DNA of 64,000 nt from Octopus vulgaris (lineage: Eukaryota): the NCBI GenBank assembly GCA_951406725.2, contig OX597827.1, positions 2,418,001-2,482,000 on the forward strand, written 5' to 3'. Position numbers and translations under genes: made by a program. The stretch's first letter is position 1. Every line of letters begins with the position of its first letter. A model generated the notes under the pieces. The model was not told the DNA's origin. It was given only the letters and a program-made list of their open reading frames with translations, and made no database searches. Shown here piece by piece: positions 27,364 through 40,964 of the stretch.

Positions 27364-27990
27364 CTAAGTCCCAAACGTTGCTTTTTCAGAAAATGAAAAA
27401 ATAGCTTTACCATTCCATAGTAAAACCGTTGTACTACACTTTGGCAATTTTTGTTATCTTGGCATCTGAAGCAGCTGGAGATACGATAGTTTGACCGAAA
27501 GAACCGGCTATCACAAGCAGAAATAAATATTGATAAAAACGCATTTGGCCAAATTTGGACATCCAACAATTTAACATAATAGCAACGCCATGTATTTATC
27601 CATCCGTTATTCTCTCTTTCTCTCTCTCTCATGTGTGTCTGTATATATGCACACATATGTACATCCATATATATGTGTGTGTGTATCTATATATACATAT
27701 ATATGTTTATAATCGCAAGCACACACAAACATTCACGTGCACTCGCACACGCACAGACATATACCACAAGCACAGACACACAGACGAGTTACCATCTCTT
27801 CATATACTTGGTGTCTATCTCTTTTTTTCTCTCTTCTCAAACTTCATTACACATGTATATATGTTTTACTCTCTACTTTTCTCCCTCTCTTTTCCCACTC
27901 TCTCTACTTCTCTCTCTCTCTCTTGTCCATTCCCCATTCCTCTTTAAACCATTCCTTTGTTTTAAAAGTGTTATATCTTTCTTTCGACAG

Positions 27991-28051
27991 AACCAATCTT
28001 CATACCACCAACGTCGCCACCATCACCACCATCACCACTGCTACCTCCAGC

Positions 28052-28082
<31 letters not shown>

Positions 28083-28162
28083 CTATATCGAAATAGAACT
28101 TACTACACTGGGATTACTCAACGAAGAATAAATTCAACTTGAAGATGTCGTGCATGGAATAG
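27991..28162 (+). other. Candidate non-coding/UTR exon
   Basis: Acceptor TCTTTCTTTCGACAG and consensus donor AG|GTAAGT. Stops in all three frames. Confidence 0.3.
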
Positions 28163-28601
28163 GTAAGTATGCATTCGTCAGCTAAAGTCAGCAATTTGCA
28201 GGAATTTATGCAAAGGTCTTTAAGTGTTAATATCTCTGTAGCAAGCTACACATTGTGAATAATAAGAGATCTTACTGTTTATCGACTTGGCTATCTAATT
28301 TTACAATAAATATTAAAAACACCGTTCCGATATTCTTCTGTGTAATGCAGAGAGAAATTGAGTTTATCCAGGTCGAATAGATAGAAGGAAAACGAGGAAA
28401 GAAAAATACAAATTAAAAGGGAAAAAGAAGCGTTTAAAATACGAAGAAGAAGAAGAAGAAGAAGAAGAAGAAGAAGAAGAAGAAGAAGAAGAAGAAGAAG
28501 AAGAAGAAGATGATGATGATAATGATGATGATGATGATGAACAACAATAACCACCAGATGTAGGAAGAGGAGAAGGAAAAGAAGAAAGAGAAGTAAGAAG
28601 A

Positions 28602-28669
<68 letters not shown>

Positions 28670-28838
28670 GCGGTGGAGGAGGAGGAGAGGAAAAACAAGA
28701 AGAAGAGCAAGAAGAAGAAATAGATGAAAGAAAGGAACAAAGGAAGGAAGAGAGGAAGATGTGTGTTTTATTTTTTTTTTGAATAGCAAAAAGACGAGAT
28801 TGAGGTAGAAAAAAAGAGAAGCCGGACGAGTAAAGGCT

Positions 28839-28901
<63 letters not shown>

Positions 28902-29112
28902 AAAGTTAAGAAAAAGTAAAACAGAAATATGAAGTAAATATGAAATAAAACTAAAAGAACAAACAAGCAAAAAGCGAATGAAATCATGGAGATGAAAGAG
29001 TTAGTGAATAACACGTATGTCATTTATATCGATGATGTTGTTGATGATGATGATGATGATAATGGTGGTGGTCGTCGTCGTGACGATGATGATCATCGTT
29101 TCTTTATTTGCC

Positions 29113-29146
<34 letters not shown>

Positions 29147-29951
29147 AATAATAATAATAATAATAATACAAACAGCAACTAATGCAAAAATAGTTATGAA
29201 AAAAAGCTTTGAAAATGGCGGTTATGTTGTCTTGAAGAAAAATATATTTAACAAGTCATACTGGTTTTGCGTGTGTGTGTGTGTGTATGTGTGCGTGTGA
29301 GCGTGTGTATGCGCGTATAAATATATGTATATATATACATATATACATAGATACATATATAATAGTCATATCTATGAATGCCATCATTTAACGTATGTAG
29401 GTGCGCCGGTGCGTGTTAAACTATTACCATGTAATCGGGTGTTTGCTTGGTGTAAACCTCCTTCACGTTTCTTTATAGCTAATTTCCTTTCGTTTATCTA
29501 CTGATATAACTTTAGAATTGATATACACACTTATCCATACAAATGTATTTTCTGTAACTCGTGTTCGTCGTCGGACAGCTGCCGGGTGGGGGGAAAGACG
29601 CGAAGCTGTTCAATCAATTATATCGATTCCACTGCATAGTGTAGTACTTGTTTATTTATTTCTGCATATTAGATGGCTTTGTTTTTTGTTTTAGCTTTTG
29701 TTTCTGGCTGTTCTCTTTTGAGAGTGACCTTCCCACCTTAGGGTGTCAATAACACAAGGAATTTTACAGCGATTAACAACGATAAAGACAAAACACATAC
29801 ATACATATATGCATACATACATTGATACATGCATTCATACAATACATATATGCATACATACATACAACATACACATATAAAGCTCTTGTACCCTGACTAT
29901 AAATTCTCGTTTGTACCTATCATCATAGGTTCATTAGGCTATATTCCTGCA

Positions 29952-29998
<47 letters not shown>

Positions 29999-30270
29999 CT
30001 TAGAAATACTAGGTTTGTCAAAGAAAAGGCAAAAGAAACTGATTTGAATTCTTTAAGTTCAATCTATTAGGGGCACACTGAAGGTTTGTGAGGCATTCCA
30101 AAGATTCTCCATTTGAAATTCATTAGGTTAATAAATGCAACCAACACACCGTCTCAAACACATTTTTACAAACACCGGGAACTCTTTTCACTCAAAAGGT
30201 CTTCTCGCTTTATTAACGACCGGCTTGAACTCCCTTAAGAAGAACCTAAATAAAACTCAGAGGAAAACAT

Positions 30271-30456
30271 ACGCAGGAGTGGCTGTGTGGTAAGTAGCTT
30301 GCTTACCAACCATATGGTTCCGGGTTCAGTCCCTCTGCGTGGCACCTTTGGCAAGTGTTTTCTACTATAGCCTCGGGCCGACCGAAGCCTTGTGAGTGGA
30401 TTTGGTAGACAGAAACTGAAAGAAGCCCGTCGTATATATGCATATGTATATATATG

Positions 30457-30516
<60 letters not shown>

Positions 30517-30745
30517 CGTGTACGTGTGTTTGTATGTCTGTGTTTGTCCCCACAACATCGCTTGACAACCGATGTTGGTGTGTTTACGTACCCGTAACTT
30601 AGCGGTTCGGCAAAAAGAGACCGATAGAATAAGTACTAGGCTTACAAAGAATAAGTCCTGGGGTCGATTTGGTCGACTAAAGGCGGTGCTCCAGCATGGC
30701 CGCAGTCAAATGACTGAAGCAAGTAAAAGAGAAAAAAGAAAGAGA
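30271..30745 (+). mobile_element. SINE family B, full length, internal (TA)/(TG) microsatellite
   Basis: tRNA-like head (GGGTTCAGTCCC), middle GGATTTGGTAGAC.GAAACTGAAAGAAGCCCGTCG, tail AAGGCGGTGCTCCAGCATGGCCGCAGTCAAATGACTGAA. About 20 copies or fragments in the window. Confidence 0.92.
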
Positions 30746-31406
30746 GATCTAAGCATCAACGTAAGGAACATTAGTGAAACTTTGCCCTCACAACTTCTGC
30801 CAAGTGCAACCTTACCATTACCGGGTCACCGTCCTTTGAGAAAAGAATTTAGCGTCATAAAGATCAGCTTCCCTTTTGATGTTAATATTTGTTCAAAAAT
30901 CCAACAGAAGGTGGATAACTACAAACAACGGCTTCGAAATCTCCAGTTTCTGTATACTAACTATAACCGATGGATTTGGTTATCTGAGTATATGCCTAAA
31001 TGATAATCCGGAAATGCTAGTGTTTTCAAAAGAATAATTCAAGCGGTTAAAATGCGCATTACAGATACAATCTGTAAGTGGAACAGTTAAAATGTGCAAG
31101 ACGTTTTGTTTTTTTTAAAGTTCAGAATGTGATATTGTTTTTGTTATTTACATTTCAACGATAGAGCTGTGTGTCTTTGTTAGAAACCATCTCCTTACTT
31201 ACAAGAAGACTTCGAATAATTGAGAACAGAAAAGAATTCACACACACACATACACTGTCTCATACACGCACACACACACATGCGCACACGTGCATACACA
31301 CACAGGTACGCTCATACACGTATGTATAAATTATATATATACATACGTGTATACATGCACACCTACACACATGAGAAGAGACATAACATACATACATACA
31401 TATATG

Positions 31407-31456
<50 letters not shown>

Positions 31457-31527
31457 TATACCAGCATCGCCTTACTGGTACCTGTGCCGGTGGCATGTGT
31501 AAAAGATTTGAGCATGGTCGTTGCTAG

Positions 31528-31718
31528 TACCTATTTCGTTACTACCCACAAGGTGATAAACATAGAGGAGACAAACAAGGACAGACAAACGGATTAAGTC
31601 GATTACATCGACTCCAGTGCGTAACTGGTACTTAATTTATCGACCCCGAAAGGATAAAAGGCAAAGTCGACCTCGGCGGAATTTGAACTCAGAACGTAAC
31701 GGCAGACGAAATACGGCT
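31528..31718 (-). mobile_element. SINE family A nested in another repeat (31461-31770)
   Basis: Family A body flanked by CTGG..CC.GTGCC.GTG.CATGT..AAAAG pieces of a different element. Confidence 0.8.
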
Positions 31719-31820
31719 GCCTGACTGGCCCCGTGCCTGTGACATGTAAAAGCACCCACTACACTCTCGGAATATAGATATAGATATATATAGATATATA
31801 GATATATGTATGTATATATG

Positions 31821-31851
<31 letters not shown>

Positions 31852-31923
31852 ATATGTATATATATATATGAATGTATATATATATATATATATTTTTATA
31901 TATATATTTTTTTTTATGTGTGT

Positions 31924-31980
<57 letters not shown>

Positions 31981-32465
31981 ACAATGACAATATTTTCATT
32001 TTGTTGCATTTAAGCAGTGGCTTACATACTTAATGAAGTGAAGTCTTCAAAACTATTTAATCGATGAATATCACACCTGTACCAATTCAAGAAACAATCA
32101 CACTAATGAACCGGCAATAAACAAGATCTACTGGGACTATATCATTCTGCAATAAATCACAGCAAAGACTGGAGAACTTAAAATAAATCTCATAATCAGA
32201 GATTGCCTACAGACCTACCGACCATATTCAGTGGGTCGGCTAACTTAAAGAAGCAAAAATTCTTAAAATAAAAGAATATCTGGTTATGCTTTTGTTCTCA
32301 AAATCCCTTACTTTACTCGTTCGGTTATGATCAAATAACTTGTCACTCCAGCACAGCACAGTAACTGTGAGAAAACGAGACTATTAAAGGTGCCTCTACC
32401 TTGTAGCTTGATCTGATTGAAATAAGGGTCAAATTTCACTAAGATCACATCCTATTGTCTTGAAT

Positions 32466-32543
32466 CGCGGGCATATGGCGTAGTGGTTAAAAGCGCGGGC
32501 TACTAACCCTAAGATTCCGAGTTCGATTCCAAGCAGTGACAAG

Positions 32544-32608
<65 letters not shown>

Positions 32609-32812
32609 TAATAATAATAACAACAACATCAACAACAACAACAACATCGAAAAATACCTTAGGAATGAGAACCCAGTTTCGAAATTTCCCCAAGACACCT
32701 GATGAAGGCTGGAGGGTATATTAGCCTAAACAAACAAGATGAGGACAAATATCCGTCAAATGTAAATAATATAAATAATGTACCTAATTCCACATCTCTT
32801 AAATATAGAATT
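32466..32812 (+). mobile_element. tRNA-headed SINE with internal (AAT)n and a hammerhead-like tail
   Basis: A box TGGCGTAGTGG, B box GTTCGATTCC, then (AAT)n, then CTGATGA-a-GGCTG-loop-TAGCC-TAAAC at 32699-32731. Confidence 0.7.
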
Positions 32813-33395
32813 GAATCATGAAGTTTAATGTAATCCTAGGGAAGGGAATAAGCATCTGAGATGCTTATTTCCCACAGGAACTGTAGGAGTAATTCAAGGG
32901 TGTTGCATCTGTTGCAATATCGAAAACTCTTCAGTACTGTCAACAGGTATATCAGGGTCACAAGCCTTTCGCTCCTTAGCCTGTACACTTCGCCTAATTG
33001 AGATAGCGATGGGTGATTTAGTCGTCGCCAGCAAGAGGGCGCCACCTGCAGTGTTTTGTCAGCCACGGCCACAGTGAATTAATTTCAGTTGTCATGCCTC
33101 GAAAAGATGGAATGACTATGCTGGAGATGTCTTGGATTTGATCCAATAAAATTTCTAAAATTCGGAAGATTGTTTTGGTACAGTGGCAGAACGCCTGTTA
33201 CATCTACAGGTGATGTGGGTTCCAATCTCGTGAGTAGCCGTCGAATTAACTAACCCCAAAGGTTTTTCAGCTCAATATTTACATGTTATTATTTATAGCT
33301 TTTTGTGTGTGTTTCGAAGTATTCCAAAAATGAATTATTTCACTTTCTCGCGAATGTTCATAAATTCTTTATGACTTCAACAATACATAAATAAG

Positions 33396-33475
<80 letters not shown>

Positions 33476-33729
33476 CAGAGAGAGAGAGAGAGAGTGTGGA
33501 GGGAGACGGACAAACAGACAAATAGACTGAAATTTATATATATATATATATATACTGTTGTGTCTGGGGAGAGTCATTCTCTTTTAGTGCCTTATTATTT
33601 AACACTCACCGGAAAAATTCCACTTATTTCTTATTTTTATTTTCTAAAATTTTCGTTGCGTCTTGCAACCTTTACAATAGTCTTGACTCTTGCAAACCAA
33701 ATCCCAAAACGAAATATATATATATATAT

Positions 33730-33808
<79 letters not shown>

Positions 33809-34241
33809 CACATATATATAAGGATATATGTATATATTTATCCATGTATGTTTGTATGCACGTTTTTGTGCACAGAGCAAAAATAGCCATGACTCTATTC
33901 ACAACATATTGTGGCGCTAAAAGCCTAGACAAAACCAAAAGTGGGATTTGGGCGGCAGTTGGGTGGGGACTATATCCATAGAACAGAAGAACCATGCATC
34001 TGATCAAGTCCAACGAAATATATATATATAGAGAGAGAGACAGATAGGCAGAGAGGGAAAGACAGAGAAAGGGAAGGAGAGAAGGAAACTGAATGCGTGA
34101 GGGTGAGAAAATTTTACAGGAAAACATTTCTTTGATATTTATCACCAAGTCCTGCCCAGATATACCTTTGTCTACACACTACTACTACTACTACTACTAC
34201 TATTACTGCTAGTGCTACTACTACTACTACTACTACTACTG

Positions 34242-34306
<65 letters not shown>

Positions 34307-34527
34307 ACTATTACTACTACTGCTACTACTCTGGTTTGCTCCTGTCTCGCAATATCGTAACATGTGTACCTAAACAAACTAATTCATGCAACTTGGGTCA
34401 CGACACAGTTAAAAATCGAATTAATATGAATGAAAACTGTGTCCTTTATGTATAGTTATGCACGTGTCTTCGTGTATGTGCATATATGTGTGTGTGTAAA
34501 CATGTATACATATTTAGAGAGAGTGAG

Positions 34528-34579
<52 letters not shown>

Positions 34580-34753
34580 CATATATACACATGCGTGTGT
34601 ATGTGTGTGTGTGTGTAAGTGCGTGTGTGTAAAATTTTAGACTCTATTCTTGAATTGAAAACTTTATTTTGTTAAGGTTCGCGATTTTTATGCTTCAAAA
34701 CACTAATTTTTAAATTATATATGCGTGTATGTGCCAGTCAGTTTATATGTGTA

Positions 34754-34841
<88 letters not shown>

Positions 34842-35008
34842 CGTGTGTGTATATAAGAAAAATTGCCTGACCAACTCTTCTTTTTAAGCGATTGAAAGTA
34901 GTGGCATATTTTGATGAGAATGTTGACAATGTAAATATTTTTGTTTTTTCAATGATAAAATTCTGAAGTATTTTCTGCTTATTTTTTAATATATAAATGT
35001 CTGAATGA

Positions 35009-35101
<93 letters not shown>

Positions 35102-35427
35102 TGTCCCTGAGGAAAAGGGATGCATATGACAATATTTCTGACCATACCTAACCATGAGCTGTCAACTCATTCTTGCCCTTTATTCTAAATGGACACAGTC
35201 TTCTAGTTTGAGATTTAGAAGTTGATAAAGAGATAAATGAATTAGAAATGAATCACAGTCCCCTACAAGCTCCGACCCGTATGGGCTTCATGCGATTCTT
35301 GGAAGTGTAGTCTATTCTTAGCTACAATAGCGACAACAGGAATTTCTTCCATCTTCTTGCTTTGTTAAAGTATTTGAGAAAAATTATATTAATATGGCCA
35401 ACTGGTTAAAATTCTATTTATTTATTT

Positions 35428-35514
35428 GTGCAACTGATGATGGCACTGCATTTAAATTGATATAATGATTGCATTGTTCAATTAAATGGAGCCGCTTGAA
35501 ACGGTCGTACTGCA
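35428..35514 (+). ncRNA. Hammerhead-like motif with long helix II
   Basis: CTGATGA (35434) ... CATTTAAATTGA/TCAATTAAATG and ATAATG/CATTGT stems ... GAAA-CG-GTC (35498-35506). Helix I is imperfect. Confidence 0.55.
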
Positions 35515-35564
35515 TCACTACTTCATATCTTGTTGCTTATTTTGATTTATATATATATATATAT

Positions 35565-36022
35565 AATATACAGCAGTGGGCATTCTTTTACCAAAAAGGA
35601 AAACTATAATTGTCACTAAATATGCCTAGGGTGTTAAAAACACTTACATTGCTAGAAATAGGAGTTAAAATGCTCTAATGCTGTAGTCAAAACTCATAAT
35701 TGGATACATACATAATATACTGAGAGGAACTATAATCGTTGCAAAACACCGATCGAGAATTCCTTATACTGACTGGTCAGTTTCAGCAATTTCCGTTACC
35801 TCATTAGTAAGAAATGGCTCGACTACGGCAGATTCCGGACTGCATTCTCTATCAGTATAATGTTTCCACCATAAAAATCTATGGATGACTTAGAGAATCG
35901 CTAATGTGCATACAGAAAATTAATATATACAGCAATGTGCAATGTTTTACCAAAAAGGAAAACTATAATTGCCGCTAAATATGAGTAGGATGTTAGAAAT
36001 ACTACAATGCTAGAACTATAGA
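35565..36022. repeat. ~100-bp direct repeats (35565-35670, 35923-36022) bracketing a hammerhead motif
   Basis: ATATACAGCA.TG.GCA.T.TTTTACCAAAAAGGAAAACTATAATTG.C.CTAAATATG..TAGG.TGTTA.AAA occurs twice. Confidence 0.85.
35763..35811 (-). ncRNA. Type I hammerhead motif with G5A change
   Basis: Minus strand: CTTA-CTAATGA-GGTAA-cggaaa-TTGCT-GAAA-CTGAC-ca-GTCAG-TA-TAAG. All three helices pair. Confidence 0.7.
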
Positions 36023-36237
36023 GAGAAAGAAGCAGCACGGAATTTCTTCAGGGAACAGATCGCGGTTTGAAAGGGACGAAAATATTTTGACACAAATTAA
36101 ATTTAAATGCTGAAGTGACTCTAACGGCTTTTGTATGTTTTTTTTTAAATGGCTTATAAACACCCTTCACGCTGCAATCACTTTTGTCTCAGCACACGAT
36201 CTCAGATCAAGTCACTTATTAAGCAAGTACATCTCCG

Positions 36238-36303
<66 letters not shown>

Positions 36304-37764
36304 ATATATATATATTATATAAATAATATATAAATATATGCATATATAGATACATATATGTACATACCTACATATATAAATATATATATATGTATATATA
36401 CATGCATATATGGGTACAGGACATCAAAAAAAATGTCCAACACAGTAAGAAACGAAAACATCAAAACAAAAACATAGAAAACGAACTTTTTTTTTCGAAC
36501 AACGAAAAAGCAGAGAAACGAGACATGCAACATAAAGAATATTCCCTTTCATCAGTTGTCCCTATTTCATCTACTCCGCGTCCGAAGGTAAGGACAATAC
36601 GCGACATAGTTGAAACAGTCCTTCCCGCAAAGCAAATTAAATAAAATTTGGGATTTTTTTGCAGAGGGGTAAAAGTGGTAACAAGAACAGGACAGTGAGA
36701 GGAAGACAGTAAAAACGTTGCGGGCTGTTAAGCCAAGACGATAGAAAAGATATTATGAACACTAGGAGAACGCGCTATGAGAGGAGACAGTATAAGCACG
36801 TCTTGTCTTTAGAAAGGAAATGGACAGAAAAATAGATTCCTTTTCGTCACGTGTCAGCGACGAGAGAGTCAAGGAGGAAGAGTGGGAGAGAAGGAACGGT
36901 GAAGAGGAGAGAAGATTAGGGAAGGGTGGGAGAGAAAACCAGAAAGGATGAAGAAAAAGAGAGGGAGATAGATAGACTGAGAAGAAATAGTAGAGATAGA
37001 AGAAGAGTGTGCAACGTAATTATATATATATATGCATACATATATAGTCATGCACACATACTTAGACATACATATACATATATATATATATATATATATA
37101 CATACATTCATACATATGGTCATGTTTTATATTAAGATACGTGTATCATCCTTTTTTGATACTGTGTGGACTGAGATCCTCGTTGAATGACCACAGATAA
37201 ATATACTACATGTGACCTAAGTTAGTAAGGGGAAATTGAATTCAGACAACCGAAATTGTCCCGTTTGGGTGCAGTTGTAAACCGAGCGATACAGTTTACT
37301 GTCGACGCTGAGTTCGAATGGTGCAAGCAACGTTAAAATGTTTTCATCGTCCATATTATGTGTACGTATATTACTTCTGATATAAGGATAAAATTTTTCA
37401 AAAAAATCTTATCATCGGCCATCATATGAAAACACCATTTAAACTGAAAATTATAAACAATTATAAATAACGGCAAAAGAAAAAAAATTTCTATGGTAAT
37501 ATGCATATTGGCATAGAATTATTTTTTCTTTTCGCTGCTTTCTTCCAAGGAATCTAATGCTCTTAGCTTAGTTTTTTCCTTGGGGCTGGCCAGATTGGAG
37601 CAATCTCAAGATTAATCAGCCGAAATTGCGAAGATAATCTGGTGCTTGACCGAGGAAAGAAAACTTCGAATGACCCGTCCTTGTTTTCTTTGTATCGTCT
37701 ATTTCGATGTTTTGTTGTCCCATTTTGTATTTTACACGCACACACACACACATATATATATATA

Positions 37765-37948
37765 TATTACTTCTTTCGGTTATTAGATTGCTGCCATGCT
37801 GGGGGACCAACTTAAAGAATTTTAGTCGAATGAATCGACCCCAGTACTTAATTTTGTTAAGTCTGGTACTTATTGTATCGAATAAGTATCTGTCCCCTTC
37901 AGCGGTTGTCAAGCGGTGAAGGGGACAGGTACAGACACACAAACACAC

Positions 37949-38001
<53 letters not shown>

Positions 38002-38145
38002 ACGGGCTTCTTCCAATTCTTTTTTGTCTACCAAAGCCTCTCACGTGGCTTGGTCGGCCCGGGGCTACAGTAGAAAGCACATACTCAAGGTGCCACGCAT
38101 TGAGACTGAACCCGGAACCATATGGTTTGGAAGCAAGCTTCTTAC
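37765..38145 (-). mobile_element. SINE family B, diverged
   Basis: Reverse complement of 30271-30745. Confidence 0.8.
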
Positions 38146-38475
38146 GATATGTTTACATACATGTGTGTGTGTATATGTGTGTGTAAGTATGTGTGTGTGT
38201 ATATATATATATATATATACATACAGTATATGTATGTGTGTATGTGTGAGTGTATGTGTGTGTGCATGTATGTATGTATGTATGTATGTATGTATGTATG
38301 TATGTATGTATGTATGTATGTATGTATGTATGTATGTACATGTTCACTGATACACAAACACATGGAAATTTTAGTGTTCTCATATTTTCATAATTTGGCT
38401 TGCAACCAACAATTTCCGAAGTTACTGAATTGAAGAGAAGGAATTTGAACCCGATACGATCTAAAGGTTACGGAA

Positions 38476-38572
38476 ACAAGCAGGAAGCTTTCCAGTTGAT
38501 GGAACAGCTATATCTGAGCTAAAACAACGAGGAAGTTTCCAGCTGATAGAACAGCAATGTCTGAGCTAAAAC
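38476..38572. repeat. ~47-bp tandem duplication
   Basis: AGGAAG(C)TTTCCAG.TGAT.GAACAGC.AT.TCTGAGCTAAAAC occurs twice. Confidence 0.85.
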
Positions 38573-38751
38573 TGTCTTTGCAGTTTCTATTCTAGACTTA
38601 GTTCAGGCTTAACTTCGACAGGCAGGAACACAGCATTGTTCCTTCCTGATTGCTGTGTGGCTCTGTACGTCTGTCTATACGCGTGTGCTCGTGCGTGGAT
38701 CTTTATTCATGCATATGTGCTTGCGTCTCTGCTCCGACGTGTGGAGCGTGC

Positions 38752-38809
<58 letters not shown>

Positions 38810-39875
38810 ATGTGCGTGTGTGTGTATGAACTAGTTTTCACATCCAGGTTTAAGTGTACATGCATATGTGGTTGCATGCGTTTTTTATTTTTTTTGTGGG
38901 TTTGTGTAAGTGTGTGTGTGTGTGTGCATGCATGTACATGTATTCATTTGTATATGTGTACGTATCTGCATGTCTATGTATATATTGGAGTGCATACATG
39001 GAAGTTCTGGCATATGAGGCATCCAAACTATGTGTATATATTTATGTGTATATATTTATGTGTGTATATATTTATGTGTGTACATTTATGTGTCTGCTTT
39101 CTCTGTATATAGTCACGCATGTGTGTGTATATGTATGTGTGTGTGTGTTTGTGCATGTGTATTTATGTGTATGCATATATTTATGCGTGTGTTTGTACGA
39201 GTATAATTATGTATTTGCTTGTGTGTTTATGTATCTGTATTTGTCTGTGTATGCATTTACGTGCTTATTTATGCGTGTATACGTGTATGCTTACGTATAT
39301 ATGTATGCATGCATATTCATGAGCATATATATATGCACGCTGTGGGAGTGTGAGAGAGAGAGAGAGAGAGTGTGTGTGTGTGTTTCTGTGCACCGCTGCA
39401 TAGCAGAGTATTCAGGAAGGCCTGTATATGTGAGTCAAATTGACCATTTGTTTGTATCTACGAATTGACGGATGTTTATTTGTTTTGAAATTATGTATGT
39501 ACATTTGTATGTGCGTATGTGTGTTTGTGAGCAAGTGTGTGTTTGCGAGCATGTGTGTGTACTTTGTGTAAATATGTAAGGCTGTGCGTATAATCTTGCA
39601 TAGATATGTAAGTGTATACACATGTTATTGTGTCCATTTGAGCATATTTGCTTTTGCATGTATATGCGTCAAGACTTTATGCACACGAATATGTCAGTAT
39701 AAGTACAGAGATTATGCATGAATGTATGTGTATGTGTACATGTATGTGTAGGATGGTGTTTGAAATGCATTACTGTGTATGTATGGGAGTATATACACAC
39801 ACATACGCACACACACACACACACACACGCGCACACACACACACATACACACACACACATATATATATATATATA

Positions 39876-39929
<54 letters not shown>

Positions 39930-40182
39930 TGTGGGTATATAGATATATGCATATCTATCTATCTATCTGTCAATATAATATAATAAAATGTGTGTGTATG
40001 TTTGTGTGAGTCTGTCTGTCTGTCTGTTTGCCTATTCTGCGGGTAGCTTTCGGCTTTTTCTATCCAAAGGTTTTCTGAACCTAGTATTATTTACACGTTA
40101 TTATTTATAGCTTTATCTACTTCGAGTTCACCCATTAAAACAATTCACGTTCTCCCGAAATTTTTTAATTCTTATCCCTCGG

Positions 40183-40263
40183 AGCTCCGATGAAGCTATA
40201 GGGAGATGCTCAGGCACTCATCGATGAGTCCATTGCACCTTATAGCAGAAACTGTTGTAAGCT
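40183..40263 (+). ncRNA. Type I hammerhead ribozyme motif (U4C variant)
   Basis: AGCT-CCGATGA-a-GCTATAGG-[loop with ACTCATCGATGAGT palindrome]-CTTATAGC-a-GAAA-C-tgtt-G-TA-AGCT. Confidence 0.72.
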
Positions 40264-40394
40264 AATGAAGTTTATAAGATAATTATTTATTCCTTTGTCA
40301 GGAGAGAAAGCATTGCCCGTATTATTTTACAGAGCCTTTGAGATGAGAAGGAGTGAAGAGGGAAGGTAACTTCAAATTGGAGACCGGACATACA

Positions 40395-40675
40395 TATTTA
40401 CAACAGATTGGTCTCCACTGAAAGCACCGGAGTTACCAGGTGGTTGTGTTGGTGTTAAACCCTGTGAAGAATCAAGTATACCATATATATGGGCTTTGGT
40501 GGGACTCGACCTCACAATATTTGCAACAGACAAGACTCCACTAAAAGCGTCGTCGTTACCAGCTGGTTGTAGTGGTGGTGGTGGTGGTGGTGGTGGTGGT
40601 GGTGGTGGTGGTGGTGGTGGTGGTGGTGGTGTTAAACCGAGTGAAGGATTAAGTGTACCATACATATAGGCCATA
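40395..40675. repeat. ~120-bp tandem duplication, one unit with a (GGT)n expansion
   Basis: ATATTT.CAACAGA....CTCCACT.AAAGC....GTTACCAG.TGGTTGT..GGTGTTAAACC..GTGAAG.AT.AAGT.TACCATA occurs twice. Confidence 0.85.
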
Positions 40676-40964
40676 CATATACATATAGTCAGTAATCGAA
40701 CTCAGAATGCAAAGGAACTGGTCCAACGCTCTTCCGTTGCATTATTTATCGACCTTCAAGGAAAGAAACGCAAAATTGACCAAAGACAGGGAGGTCACAG
40801 CCATGTCTTTGATCATATGTCTGTTCAAAGAGAGCTGACCAGAGTTTAAACAACAGCAACACCAGCTAAGTTCATTATTCATCATGTCATCGTAGATTTT
40901 AATAATCCTATACACTAAGTGAACATTCCTGTTGCCATCGTCGTTTCTGCTCACTATGCTACTT

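Noticed and set aside
33640-33685. Minus-strand GTTGC-aagac-GCAAC-GAAA-ATT-TTA
   Set aside because: Helix II and GAAA are present, but the 5' core box and helix I are missing
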